64,000 bases of DNA, taken from contig JBNZDD010013715.1 of assembly GCA_050575255.1 (NCBI GenBank), forward strand, positions 5,459,603 through 5,523,602, given 5' to 3'. This document shows positions 1-14,190 of the stretch, piece after piece. Numbering within the stretch: position 1 is the first letter of the stretch; each line of letters starts with the position of its first letter. Under the pieces are notes generated by a model, which saw only the letters and a list, made by a program, of their open reading frames with translations, was not told the origin of the DNA and made no database searches. The stretch is from Harriotta raleighana (Eukaryota). Made by a program: the position numbers and the translations under genes.

Positions 1-496
1 ATAATGGTTGCTGTATTTTACATAGCAACTTTCACATTCAATCAATCAAAATTACAGCGCCTTTCACATTGGGAGGACGTCCCAAGGCGCTGTACAGTCA
101 AATAGGGATCAGAGCAGGGAGGGGGAAGGAAAGTAGAGAAAATTTACTGTATATCCACATTAGGTAGACATCTCAAAGAACTTCACAGAATTTTCTTTAA
201 AGTATAGAATAAGTCTAACTTAATTGAAATCATTCATTGAGCTCTTTTAAAGTGTTATTTATTTTTTCACTGTAGTTTGTTTAGTTCGGTTGGCAGCATT
301 GATATTTATGATAATGATCGATCAAAAGGCTGCAAATTTATAGGTGAATAAAGATATTATTAAACTATCTATACAAGACCAGAATTATACATAACACCCA
401 GATGTTCCAATTCCTATCATTCAGGCATGTTAACCTGTAAAACATTAAATCCCATGTGCCTAATCATAGTGATGTTACAGATACCATGGAATCCCA

Positions 497-1490
497 TGGA
501 GTCCTGTAGCTCAGTTGTTAGAGCACTTGCCTTATAAGTGAGAGACCTGGATTCAATTCCAGACAGAGTGAAACCTTGGGCCAGATTCCTTGCAGCACAC
601 GCCTAATAATAATCCTACAAAAATAAACAATCATAATTCGGTTATTTCAATCCACGAGGGTTTGTGGAACACTGCTGTGCACAATTGGCTGCCATATTTC
701 ACCCACAAACAGTATATCCCTGTTTTTCCAGCAAGCACAGGATCTGGCCAGTGGCGGTTAAATGGTTTTCCAGGTGGAACTGTTTTTTTGAAAAAAAAAT
801 TAAAAATGTATATTTGTAAAAAAAATAAATTATTTTAACACATATCATATTAATAATAGACAAAATAAAGCAGTTAAAAACAATATTGTATGGGTATTTT
901 ATTATAAATGTTATACACTGTACCATATAAATAATAGAGTAAATATAGTAATAACAGATACTGTAATAGCAGAATATTGGTATGGCTACTATATTGTAAA
1001 TATTGAATAATACTATACAAATAATCAACTAAATACACTAATAACAGATACTGTAATAACAGAATATTGCATTAGTACTTTATTATTTGTACTTCTGCAA
1101 TGGCAGCCATGGGAGGTAAACCAAGCGGCAGTAGTGTGACTTTTTTTTTAAAAAAAGGCAGTATCACAACTTTTTTTTAAAAACGGCACTAGCATGACTT
1201 TAGGCTCGTCTAGCGGCCAGCCGAGTACCTGCACAAGTACTCGCATGCGACAATCAATTCATTAAATGCATCATCACTATTCCGCTGGATAACTTCTGGT
1301 TTATCGAATCAGGACTTTTTTTTTGAGGTTCTAGTTCAACAGGATTTCCAGTTCATCGAGTCACGGATAAACAGGGTTTTACTGAATATACAGTCAACTT
1401 ACTTTATAGTATATTCTGTGAAGCGCTTTGAGATGTCTAGAAGATGTGAAAAGCGCTCCGTCAAATGGAAGGATTAATATTATTAACTAT
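497..1490 (+). mobile_element. tRNA-headed Deu-like SINE interrupted by a DNA transposon (SINE parts 497-709 and 1385-1490)
   Basis: A box TAGCTCAGTTGTT, B box GGATTCAATTCC, central TTTGTGGAACACTGCTGTGCACAATTGGCTGCC domain, L2-like tail resumes at 1385. Confidence 0.85.
710..1384. mobile_element. Non-autonomous Tigger/pogo-like DNA transposon
   Basis: 20-bp imperfect TIRs CAGTATATCCCTGTTTTTCC / GGATAAACAGGGTTTTACTG; splits a SINE cleanly; related end at 33516. Confidence 0.8.
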
Positions 1491-2055
1491 TGTAAAAGAG
1501 TCTTCTGGTTTCCTGACATAACAGGTTCCCAAATACAATTGATCATTCACTTCATGTTTGCTTATGGAACATTGTGGCTTGCTGACAAAATATACAGTCA
1601 CTGCATGTTGCAATANAAAATATACAGTCACTGCATGTAACCTGTGAATTTGAGACATTTTCCCTAAGTGAAAGGTGCAAGGTTAAATTTAAGAATTATT
1701 TTTAACATTTATTTAGAAATAGAGGAATATTGAAGGCACTAAAACTCAGCTACAAACAGTTTATCAGAGATACAAGTGATCCATGAAAGCTTTGAACAAT
1801 TCACATGAAACCTGTCAATATTGTAAGCACAGGTCACAATATTTCATTCGTGTCTGAAATTGGTTCGTTCTGCAGCAGATATGGCAAGCAAACAATCACA
1901 TTGATCATGTTACTGAAAAGGGGACCTAAATTGTGTGCTTTCGAAGGGAAGAACATCTATCATCTTGTGGCAATGCGCTGCTCATCCAACAGTAAAATGG
2001 TCAGACAGTTCACTTCATTTAGCTTTTCGAGGTTGAAGGTTTGTCCTGAACCAAG

Positions 2056-2188
2056 CAGTCTAATGGGCTAAAATTCTGGCATATGCAATGTCTTTAGTAA
2101 TGACAGGCACTAATGGGATTTCTCCACTAATTGTGCATTGCCAAAGGCGTGAGCTAAACACTCACTAGAATTTCAGCCCATTAGACTG
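2056..2188. repeat. Inverted repeat / MITE-like hairpin
   Basis: 2056-2077 and 2167-2188 are reverse complements at 21/22 positions. Confidence 0.75.
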
Positions 2189-3062
2189 AAAAGAGTGCGC
2201 TGTCTAATACTGTTTGTAGGAAAGCAATTATCCTCTCCCAAAGGGTTTCACTGTAATGTAGTCCGTTTCTACAACAGCCAGAGATATTGCTTCTCAGCGG
2301 CTTTTCCAGTTTAATTTATAATAATAATAAATAATAATCCTAGCATTTGATATATGGCTTTTGACGTCATCTAGACGTCTTAAAGTGCTTCACAGAATAT
2401 ACTGTATGGAGTGCTCCAACCACTGAGCTACAGGACTCCACAAATTTCCATTCCCTTAAATATTCTTTGTTTGACCAAGAGCCCAGCACAGGCACAAATC
2501 TCTTACTGCCTAAGAATCTCTGCTTCTACTGAAAAGAATATACAGTACAGAAAAAGCAGAGTTATTGTTAGATTTTTATTTAGAGCATGCATCGCTCTCC
2601 TGGAGGGGAAATGACCCAGTTGTCAATGTCTGGGGAACACAGGTGTAGGTTAGCAGAATCCATTGTAATCATCTTACCCTCTGCAGCATTTCAGAATAGT
2701 ATACTGTACTTCATTTAATGATAATAATAAAAATCCTGGCGTTTGACAGCATTTTTCATATCAAGCGGAAATCTCAATGTACTTCACAGGATTTACTATG
2801 AAATGTGGTGACTGGGTATTTGTAGGCAAAGTCGGCAGCAAATTAGTGCACACCGATACCCCCAAAAACCATTTTATTTGGGAGATTTTTGACGAGGACA
2901 CTTGGAAAAACTTCCATCTCTTTTTCAATAATAATAATAATCTTTGCATTTGATGTAGAATTTTTCATGTCAGGAGGCCATCTCAACCCCTCTTCACAGG
3001 ATTTACTGTGAAATGTAGTGTTTAACATCTACCTGAAACAGCAGACATGGCTTGTCTAATTG

Positions 3063-3377
3063 TGGAGTCCTGTGGCTCAATGGTTTGAGCATTTGCCTTA
3101 GAAGCGAGAGGCCTCGCTTTCAATTCCTGGCAGGGTGAAACCTTGGGAAAGTTTCCTTACACTGATATAGGTTTAATAATAATCCCTCAAAAAAAAACCA
3201 ACAATAAATTGGTAATTTCAATTCACAACTGTGTGTGGGACATTGCTGCGTTTTGCCCCCCACTCCCCCCCCAAAGAAAACAATACAGTCAGATTCACTT
3301 CACAGTATATTCTGTGAAGCGCTTTGAGATGTCTAGAAGATGTGAAAAGCGCTATATCAAATGAAAAGATTATTACT
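3063..3377 (+). mobile_element. Full-length tRNA-headed Deu-like SINE
   Basis: TGGAGTCCTGTGGCTCAATGGTTTGAGCA head, conserved body, GTGAAGCGCTTTGAGATGTCTAGAAGATGTGAAAAGCGCTATATCAAATG tail ending in (TTA)n. Confidence 0.88.
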
Positions 3378-3772
3378 GTATTATTCTTATTTCATTCATG
3401 GGTGAAAGATGGATCCTGGCAGGTCAGCAGAAAGGATGATAAATATATTTTAATGGAAGTATTTCCTAGGCATTGTGAAGACTTGGATTTTAACTTTTCC
3501 TCTTTATTGTTCATTTATTATCTACTGTATAGGTTGAAACATTTGATGTGAAATTCCACGTTGTCTTACCCGGTAACCCTACTATGTAAATTGATTTGGA
3601 CTGCATGGAACAAATTCTTGAATTCAATCTTACTTTAGAAATTGGTACTCTTCAGCTTTTAAAAAGAAAAGAGTCCAAATTAAGACAGATTTTATGTATT
3701 TGGTGAGGATAGAGATGTACGGGATTTATTCCATCTACTTCACTTTGTTTGTTCATTGTCTCTGTTTCTTAG

Positions 3773-3940
3773 TACACTTCTGCCCTGACATACGATGCTG
3801 TTCAAGTGATGACTGAAGCTTTCCGTTATCTACGCAAACAGCGAATTGACATCTCCAGGAGAGGTAGTACTGGAGATTGTCTCGCTAATCCTGCTGTGCC
3901 CTGGGGACAGGGAATTGAAATTGAAAGGGCATTGAAGCTG
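3773..3940 (+). CDS. GRIA2: GRIA2 exon 7 (amino-terminal domain), 168 nt
   Basis: ttcttAG|TAC...CTG|GTaagt; translates [56 protein letters not shown], an AMPA receptor ATD segment; phase 0-0. Confidence 0.97.
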
Positions 3941-4879
3941 GTAAGTTTGTCCTTATTCATACACATAATAGAAGAAAAATGCTAGATGAATATAGAGAAA
4001 AAAAATTAATTCAATTGATTTAACAACAACTTACATGTTCTACATTTTATTTCAGGAAATACAGTAGTACTGATTCAAAATGATAAAAGAACATCATTTA
4101 TTGCCGTTGGCGTTGGCATTGCCATCTTTTTGTGTTTAATAACTAAAACTGTTCAACTCCCAAGAAAGCCTATTTTGAGAACATGTTAATGGCATGGCTT
4201 ACCCATCTGAGATGTAATTTACTTGTTTCCAGTCTGCTAGATATTCTCCAGTGATGATGGATTTCCTATATTGCCTGTCATTATTATACAAACCTCCTGT
4301 CTTGTCTCATAAGTATCCCTGGATATAATTCTTAAGGCCCAGGGGATCTGTTGGTTTTCAATGCCTTAAACCTATAGGATATCAAGTTCATTTGTGACAC
4401 AATCCTGGAGCTCATACAATTTTTTCTGGACTTTGGGGGAGTATTTTTATAATATCTTCCATGGTGGAAAAAAAACTCAAGAAAGCAGTTGTTTAACATA
4501 TTATCTCTTGTTCATTTTCTTTATTAACCCTATTTGGGACCCAACTTCCTCAGATTCTTCCTTCGGATTGGGGGTTTTACCATCTTCCTCGGCTTTCATT
4601 TTATACAATCAGTTTACGGACTGAGAAGCTCTGCAACTTGATCTGATGTGTAAAAGACTGACTTGTAGCCTCAGTTGAAAAAAATTGAATTTCGCTGAAC
4701 TAAAGTTTGTTGGGAATCTCCTTTGACTGCAATTCCTAGACTCCTATTGCTGTTTCAACATTCATAACCTCTCTGTTGCCAGGTCAATGACATTGATGGA
4801 GACAGTTGCATTGGATGACAAGTGGCTAGTTCACCAAGTTTTATCTCACTTTATTCTCAGATGCAGATTAAAAAGGAGT

Positions 4880-5173
4880 AATAGTACTAAGACTTGCATT
4901 TGATACACTGCTTTTCACATCTTCTAGATGTCTCAAAGCGCTTCCCAGAATATACTGTAAAGTGAATTGACTGTATATCTGTGGGCGAAATGCGGCTGCC
5001 AATAGCGCATAGCAGTGCCCCACAAACAGTCGTGAAAAATAACTAACATTTTTTTTAAGGATTATTATCAGGCATATGGAGTAAGGAAGCTCGCCCAAGG
5101 TTTTGCCCTACCTGGGATCAAACCCAGGTCTCTCGCGTTTAAGGCGAGTGCTCTAACCAGTGAGCTACAGGAG
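4880..5173 (-). mobile_element. Full-length SINE, same family, reverse orientation
   Basis: Reverse complement of head, body and tail seen at 3063-3377. Confidence 0.88.
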
Positions 5174-5540
5174 TAGTGCAGTCAAAAGTGATTTTCTTCT
5201 TGGTCAGGTACTTTTTTCCCCAAACAGTACTTTTGGGTTATTGTCAGATGTATTTTTCATGTCATGCGTAAGGCAGTTGAACCTCAATTATCTGAAAATA
5301 ATCCTAAGGGTTCCCTTGAAAGAAACTTTTCTTTTTGAAAGAAAGATTAAACTAAAAATCTATACAACAACTTTGTCTCCCAAGTTCCCTCCCCTTGGGC
5401 AAAATTCAAGATCTGTCTTGCAGAAAGGGCTGTGTTGAACCCTTACTGTGACAAGGCAATTAGTCTCCAAAGCAACCCACATATAGGTGCTGTGGTTTGC
5501 CTTTCAAAATGTTTAAGGTTGTATCTATTTCCTGATTTAG

Positions 5541-5645
5541 GTCCGTATTGATGGTTTAACTGGAAATATTCAGTTTGATCAATTTGGGAGAAGAGTCAAT
5601 TATACCGTGAACATCATGGAGCTGAAAAATAATGGTCCCCGGAAG
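5541..5645 (+). CDS. GRIA2: GRIA2 exon 8, 105 nt
   Basis: atttAG|GTC...AAG|GTaat; [35 protein letters not shown], including the conserved NYT glycosylation sequon. Confidence 0.96.
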
Positions 5646-6097
5646 GTAATGGAGGTGTACGCAATTTATCTTTACATTAACAAAGAGTTTGTTTTACACA
5701 ATGATAATTTCTGGAGAATTGATGTTGTCGTATTGTTAACGTGTTTGCTTCTTGGAACAGATATATTTCCAGGTTGGACCTTTAGATGTCAGCTCCTCAT
5801 AAATCCATCCTCATTTTCTCTGTACCCTGGAGAAGTACTTTTGGTGGGTGGATTTGGTTTGTAGCTCCCTAATTGCCCATTTGCTATAGTGGTTGCTAGA
5901 TATTCAAGTGAAGCATTTGCAGCCACATTTGTAAAAAAAAAACAAGGATTGATGTCCTCTGCGGTTCTGTCATTTAAAGAAAGTGGGATAGAGTGAGAGA
6001 GAGAAATAGAGGTATGCATATGTGATAAAAGTACTGGTCAAGAATATTTTTTATATAGATTTGAATATTATTACCAAATTTATTGTAAACCTGGCAG

Positions 6098-6208
6098 ATT
6101 GGATACTGGAATGAAGTTGACAAGATGGTTCTCACGGCAACAGATTTTCTTGGTGGGAATGACACAGCAGCAATGGAGAATAAGACAGTGGTGGTGACAA
6201 CAATTATG
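6098..6208 (+). CDS. GRIA2: GRIA2 exon 9 (ATD-S1 linker), 111 nt
   Basis: ggcAG|ATT...ATG|GTatgt; [37 protein letters not shown]. Confidence 0.96.
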
Positions 6209-7607
6209 GTATGTTTGGTACTCGGAATTTGCAATTCAAGTCTGAATAATGATGATGAAAGGAATAGTGTGCAGTGGGGATTGGAAAACAAATCTCTTCT
6301 TGTTCTAAACAGATTCATAAAACTGATGGCTGTATTTTTGGTTCATATTTTACTTTGTAATTGCTTTTTTTTAAACACAATTGTATTTGTGAATCTCCAA
6401 GATGTTCTGTTTTGTTTTAAAGGATTTGCTTTTCTGACAAATTGTACCAACCTCTTCAGTTTGCGACATTATTACATCATTTAGTTAGTACAGTACTCCG
6501 GTTGGTGAACATTTGAGTCACTCCAATGGTAGCCATTCAAAAACATTACTTTTAGCCATTCAAAACCTTACTTTTCAAACACACATTAACCTGAAGTTCA
6601 AATGCAGGGATCCACAGAGGTCAAACTTTGACATTGCTTCAAATGGTGACTAAAGGCAGTGTTTCCCTGCCTAATGGAATGCTCGATTACTGTAAGGAAA
6701 AAAACGTCAGTGTCAATCTAACCTGCTGTCAGAAGGTCATAGATTAACAGTGACAGTTGTCACAAAGATGTCTATGTCCCCAATGCTGATGGATAAAATG
6801 TAGTGTGGAAGACAGCTGTAAGAGCCCTTGAGGACAATGTAGCTGTTAAATATAGAAACAGTGGTGATTTAAAAGCAATTGAAATATTCTCATTTTGTTT
6901 TATAATTATGTACTTTTTTAAACACATTTTCTTTTGTCACCCTCTCTCTCAGCCCATATTGACATTAAAACCTGGATTGAAAGAAAATGCATGGGGTTTT
7001 GAACAAAAACATTTGAATCATTTACCAATTTCCAATACAACACAACAAATTATTATTTTTTAATCAAATCTTTGTTTTTATTACTTTTTATTGTAGTTTG
7101 GTCAATTGTTTGATTTCTTTGTGTGTATGTGTGTAGGGAACCTTACAGTTGTGTGCACAGGTGTTCATGTATTTGTCTTAGTATATGTATTATGTATTAT
7201 TGTGTGTCTATATAAATATGTATGGATGGATGTGTATTGTCAATTCATTGATGTACTGATTTGTTCATCCACTGGTAAAGGATTGGTTCATAGCTAGCAT
7301 TTCCCACACAGTGGTCCTCGAATAGTAGCACTGTCAGGTGGAGGCATCAAATGGAGCCCTAGCAATTCCACACAGAGGTAGAAGGAAGATCAATGAAAGT
7401 GACAGCCTGACTGCTATATCCATTTCCTGTCAGCCAAGTCCTGAACAGTAGACAGAGAGAGGGCTGGAGGAAGGTCACCTGTTATTCTCTTAGTTATGGA
7501 GTAACATGTGATTTGGGAGTCACCCACATAAAAGAGGGTTAGTGACATTGTTTGAAATTTGAAATAAATAAATGAAATCATTTTGTAACACAAACCTTCT
7601 ATCATAG

Positions 7608-7814
7608 GAAGCACCCTATGTTATGCTGAAGAAAAACCATGACCAATTTGAAGGCAATGACCAGTTTGAAGGCTACTGTGTTGACCTGGCGGCAGAAATA
7701 GCCAAACATTGTGGCTTTAAATACAAGCTCTCAATAGTGCCTGATGGGAAATATGGCGCTAGGGATGCAGAAACCAAAGTTTGGAACGGAATGGTTGGAG
7801 AACTGGTGTATGGG
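7608..7814 (+). CDS. GRIA2: GRIA2 exon 10 (ligand-binding S1), 207 nt
   Basis: catAG|GAA...GGG|GTaaga; [69 protein letters not shown]; KHCGFKY is GluA2-type. Confidence 0.97.
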
Positions 7815-8374
7815 GTAAGATACGTGTTTCTATACTTCGTTCAGCACATAAAAGCTAAGGATTTTAATAGACTTAGATATTGATAATCGAGAACTGAGCC
7901 TCGCACTGCTAAAACTGAACTGGAGAGGCCTACAGGTTGTTAGGTTATATCCCATTCTCTCGAATGGACTAGTTGATCACAGCTACAGTTACAGTTAGCC
8001 TCAGCTGTTAGAAAGGGAAAATAAGATAGTGTTCCCATTCCAAATAGCAATCCACTTACCAGGGCAGACAAGTGGACTGATAGGAACATCAAGTGAATTG
8101 ACAATGATGTCCCTGAACATTTCGCTACCCCACTACTATGAACCGCCTTCTGATGCTCACTGCCTAAATAATCGAGACTTGGGTGAGATACTGGAGGGCA
8201 GCCATTGCCTATCGAATTGTGCCGCAGCATAAGTCAGCACCTTCAGCAGAGAATGATTCTGTCTGGACTATGGAAATATAAGATACTCTGCTCCATAGTT
8301 CCAGAAATGAAGGAAATCATTTGATGATGATGGATGTTTACATTTCTTAAAGTAACAAGATATATTTCAATCAA

Positions 8375-8512
8375 AAAAACACAAAATACTGCAGATGCTG
8401 GAAATCTGAAATAAAAACAGAAATCTCTGGGAACACTCAGCAGATCAGGCAGCATCTGTGGAGAAAGTAAATGTGAGTCAACGTTTTGGGTTCACGACCC
8501 TTTCGTCAGAAC
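8375..8512. mobile_element. Short interspersed fragment, probably Penelope-like
   Basis: ACTGCAGATGCTGGAAATCTGAAATAAAAACAGAAA...GGCAGCATCTGTGGAGAAAG recurs at ~55300 and inverted at ~51510-51590; class assignment from recall. Confidence 0.55.
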
Positions 8513-8902
8513 AGACAAAGTGTTGGACCTTGGACCAATGGTATATTGGAAGTGAACTGTTGGAATCACTCTTAGAGTGATTGTTGCTTTCTGCAGGCTG
8601 CACACATGGGTAACACACAGGCGGTGATATCAACAATGACTCAATGCAATACCCATTTTTACAGCATGTCCCGTTAATTATTATAATGTGGGGTCTTATT
8701 TCATGGACCTAAACCACCATTGTTACAACAAAGTCAAACTGTAATAATTGCATATGCCAGATTTGAATAGTCATCACATTTTGGATCTCAGTTAATACTT
8801 TTACATTCTCTTGAAGTTCACAAAGATGGCCAAGCTGTCTCAGTTAGATCATTGCATTATTATCACCCAGGAAACATTAAGTGTTGAAGAAGTTTTGGTT
8901 AG

Positions 8903-9678
<776 letters not shown>

Positions 9679-12600
9679 TTCCCATTTTACGGTCCATGAT
9701 TCATGTGTATATAAAAGAGGAGAGCACGAAGAATGGCAAGGATATCGAGATTAGTTAGTCCATCAGCCATTCCACCATCCAGTTATTTTTTTATTCACAC
9801 AAACAGCAAGATATAGCACATGCCTGGTTTCCGGTAAACTCAGAAAAGCATTACCTTGGGCAGTATCAAATGTTAGTTCTCCACCAGTTAATCACTGAGA
9901 CAGTTGTAGATGAGTTGTTGAGAAAGAAGAATTATATTAGTTTGGAAAGATCTCCATTGGGAATACTAAACCTCTGCATTGAGAAAAGAGACATATCCTT
10001 TGAGAAAGCAGTCTCCTTTAATGAAAAAGGAATCCCTTCCATTGAGTAAGGAATCTAACTCCTCAGAGTGTTCAGTAAAAAGTGAGTGCATGGTAAAATA
10101 AGATGAACTTTATTTGTGTTATATTTGATTGCCTTCCATATATATATCATATCTAATCTTTGTAGTTCTTTATTTTGAAGACCAGCTTGATGGATCCAAC
10201 TTCGTCAGCTATAAGAAGACCAGATTTAATACCACTTTCACTTTTGGCGGCTGCATGAACCATACATTAGAAAGTCATTTGGGAATTTTAATAGTCTGCA
10301 AATATTAGCAACTGAGGTTTGATATCAAATTTGGTTTCTGTGATAGACGAGTTTGATAATGATTGGATGATGTAATATTCACAAATCGCTCACAAAATAT
10401 TTTTAGAATAATTTATTTTTTATAAAACGATAGAAGTTAGATTTAGCATCCCTGTTCACCTACTTTTGATGGCATTTACAGCGAATGTCACACAGTCAAT
10501 GAATCAACTTATCTACTTAAAACAGATCTTCAGCATATACTGCAAATCGTTACATCTTTCGCTGCACCAACTTCCATAGAACACTGTAAAACAATAGTAT
10601 TTCCTACTCTCCCTGTTCAATTAAAGCACTAATTTTTAATTAGTTTGGGTCTAAAAAGATTTGAAGCTAAAACTCATCTTGATTTCAATTGTAATCCTTA
10701 AATTTTGAGATAGCAACTTCCATGATAGGAGGAGATTACAATATGATACCATATTTACATAGTATCTTAAATGTTGGGAAGACATCTGGGTTAGGCACCC
10801 AAGCTGAGCAACAACAACAACAAAATCACACTTGTACAGCATTTGAAATAAAGTGTGGTTTTATGAGGGTATAGGTGCTTCCAAGTGATGGTTTAGCAGC
10901 TTATTTACAGCTCTTTGACATACTGAGCGTTTGGTTATATTAAACAACCACTGTAGTTAATTGCCACTGCAAAGGCAATATAGATGAGTGAATCTAAACT
11001 TAATTTTCATAAGAATCACAGTCATTTTATAGCATAATTTGAAACTTGCTAACTTCACAGTCCGTATATTAAATGAGGAATATACTTCTAATTTCTGTTA
11101 TTGTGCAGTACAAGCATTATATCTGCTACAATGTCCCTGTTCAATTAGTGGATATAAAGAAGCTAACAGACCCAGCAGTTTCTTATCTTTAACATGTTTT
11201 TGGACCATATCGTAGCATCTAATAGTTTCCTTATTTTTCACTTATTTTCATCTTCCTGGATTCAGAGGCCTGCTGCTCCCAGGCTGCCAGTTATGCTGCT
11301 TTCAGGGAGTGAATGAGTGAGTGAGCGAGTGAGTACACACGATCCAAGAATTCACCTTCAGGTTTTCTAATCGTCTCATTAATTGGCTTCCAGAAAGCAC
11401 CTCAGCAAAGGAAAACCAAGCTGGGGTCCCACTTCTCTGTGATGCTGAATACCTGTGCTCTAATGCACTGGACACCTATACTCTTTATAGCATTATAGCA
11501 GCATGTTTGCAATTTTGCTTTAAAAAGAAGAAAAGCATTTAGAGTCTACCTCAGGAGATGAAGGATAAGATGTGGTAATTATAGTCCCGTCAGGATTGGA
11601 GACTGTTCAAACACTAACACTGTTTTCATCAGACACTAAATGAACCATATTTAATGCATATCTGTACCTTTTCCTTCTAATAGGTTAAGACAGGTGAGAA
11701 AATTTTGACTTTTGATAATTTCTGGATACTGTACTTGGTGTGTTACATTAGGTTTCATACATCCTCATCCTCAACACTATGCACATCAATATATATATCA
11801 TTTTGCATTACTATGTTTTGTATCTTTATTTTAAGGTTTTAGCACTCTATAGTTGAAAGATCCTTTTAGAAAAAAAACTCAAATAATATTGTTTCAAAAG
11901 AGAACTCAGGTGGTCCCAGTGTGTACCAAGACTTGCCAAAAGTTCCAGGTTTGATGCCCCCGATCTATCTGAAACAGCTAAAGCCAGCCAGGATGTTATT
12001 AGTAAGTATGAAACAGTCTCAGTGTGTTGTCCCCATGGTCACTCCGCCTGCCAGCACTTAATCTCCAGGTTCAAACATGAAGAATGGGCACTTGGTGAGT
12101 CACTGGATGTCTACTAGCTAAATAGGCGGCAGGATGCTAGGCCTAGAAGTGGCTCAGATGCCCTCATCCAACTTTTCTCCAGTTGGGCCAGTGGGATGAT
12201 GTGGCTAGATAGGGGTGCTAGTCACCATGTGTAATGGCACATGAAGTAATGCAATGTACCAGTCAAAGAGTTGAGTGAGAAGGAGTTGGATCCAGGGCAC
12301 ACACAGATAGATAGAGACACAGTCCTTCAGCGAAACCCAGTCAAGATATACAAGAGACCTTGAGTTCAGACTCTCCTTCACAGCTTTATTTAATGGAGAT
12401 GAATTCAAAGAGTTCAGTGGAAAGCAAGATATAAAGTCAGAGTATTTTTGTCAGAAATAACAAGTAGAGAGTGATTTAGTCTATCCTTGTTTTTTTCATC
12501 CCAATTAATTGAAAGAATTTTAACTTATCTTACATTTTTACAAGGATTAAATGCAAGGATTATTATTATTTTAGAGCAAGAGAAAATAAAAAATGTTTGA

Positions 12601-13284
12601 ATATTGGAGTTCTGCAAATAAAGCTTCGGATTTCTGAATTATTTTCACGTTTGCATCAGTTTCGTTGTCCATAATTATGAGCAGCTCATAAATCATGCTT
12701 TCCTTTTATTAAACCCTCCAGTATTGAGAAACTTTTTTTAAAAAGTTGCTCGTTGAGTGTTGAGCATTCACCTTTCTTTAATGTAATGTAACAAACCTTC
12801 AGCATTGCCCGTGGCTCCTCATGTTTGTGTATGACAATGTTTGTGGACCCCATTTAAATGTTTAAATGTCTTTTTCAGATTAAGTGAAAATAATCATTCA
12901 AGCATTTGGTACAGTTTTTGTATAAGACTGTACTATGTGCATTTTCAGTTTTATATGGTAAATCTGTCTTCATTTTTGTGTGCTGAACAAAAAGCAGATG
13001 TATAATAGCATGGAGGGCTACTACTTTTCTTTTGATTTTTTTTATTCTCATTATATTTAATTTTTTATTACAAGGGAGCACTTTCTTTCACTGTCTATTA
13101 TTAAATGTACAGTAGTAACACCTTTAAATACAAAACTATTTAGCTGTGATGTATAATCCATATAGCATTAGCATTGTTAAGTTTTTAAATTTATTTATGA
13201 GGATGAAGACAGTTTGTGAAATTACTGTAAAAGCTCACTCAAATGGCTTGTAATATACCATGCATAATAACAACTGACTGATGA

Positions 13285-13587
<303 letters not shown>

Positions 13588-13689
13588 TGAGCAATTACCA
13601 TTGATGTAAAAATGGGTGAGAAAATCATTATTCACAATTCTCTGTGAAAAAGCTTTTTGACATCACTAACTGTCTTAGTTTTGATTTTA

Positions 13690-14190
13690 GGGTTATACCC
13701 CTTGTAATGGATTATTTTACCAGAGAGAAGAGTCATCTTCTATCTAACCTGTGAATTCCTTTCATTACTTTAAACATCACAATCAAATGTCCCCTTAACC
13801 TCTTCTGGTCTGGGGAAAATAATCCCATTACAGACAACCTCTCATTGTAGCTCAGCTACTTTGGCCCAGGTATTAATTTAAGTGAATCACTGCTGAACAT
13901 CATCCAAGACTTGTATATTCCTCTTAACATTAGGTGTCCAACACTAAACACCATACTCCAAATGAACATAATGAGCAGCACTCTATACAATTGGAGCATC
14001 AGCTCCTGGACTTTATATGCCAGCATCCCATCAGTATTGATTGCTTTTTGCACTCGCAAACTTGGATCCCTAGATCTACTCAGCTATTCCTCATGGTGTT
14101 TCCCTATTTAGAACAAACTCCTAATTGCTACTCTTCCATTTTAAGTGTACATCTTCACACTTTGCAATGTTAACTGTAAAACTTCACACT
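13690..14190 (-). mobile_element. Old CR1-like LINE fragment
   Basis: Decayed CR1-type 3' ORF2 sequence (CACCATACTCCAAATG..., ATGCCAGCATCCCATCAG), many stops. Confidence 0.5.

Noticed and set aside
497-570. tRNA gene
   Set aside because: tRNA-like A/B boxes are the head of a multi-copy SINE; no intact cloverleaf
1586-1637. Direct repeat AAAATATACAGTCACTGCATGT
   Set aside because: Single N between copies; artefact
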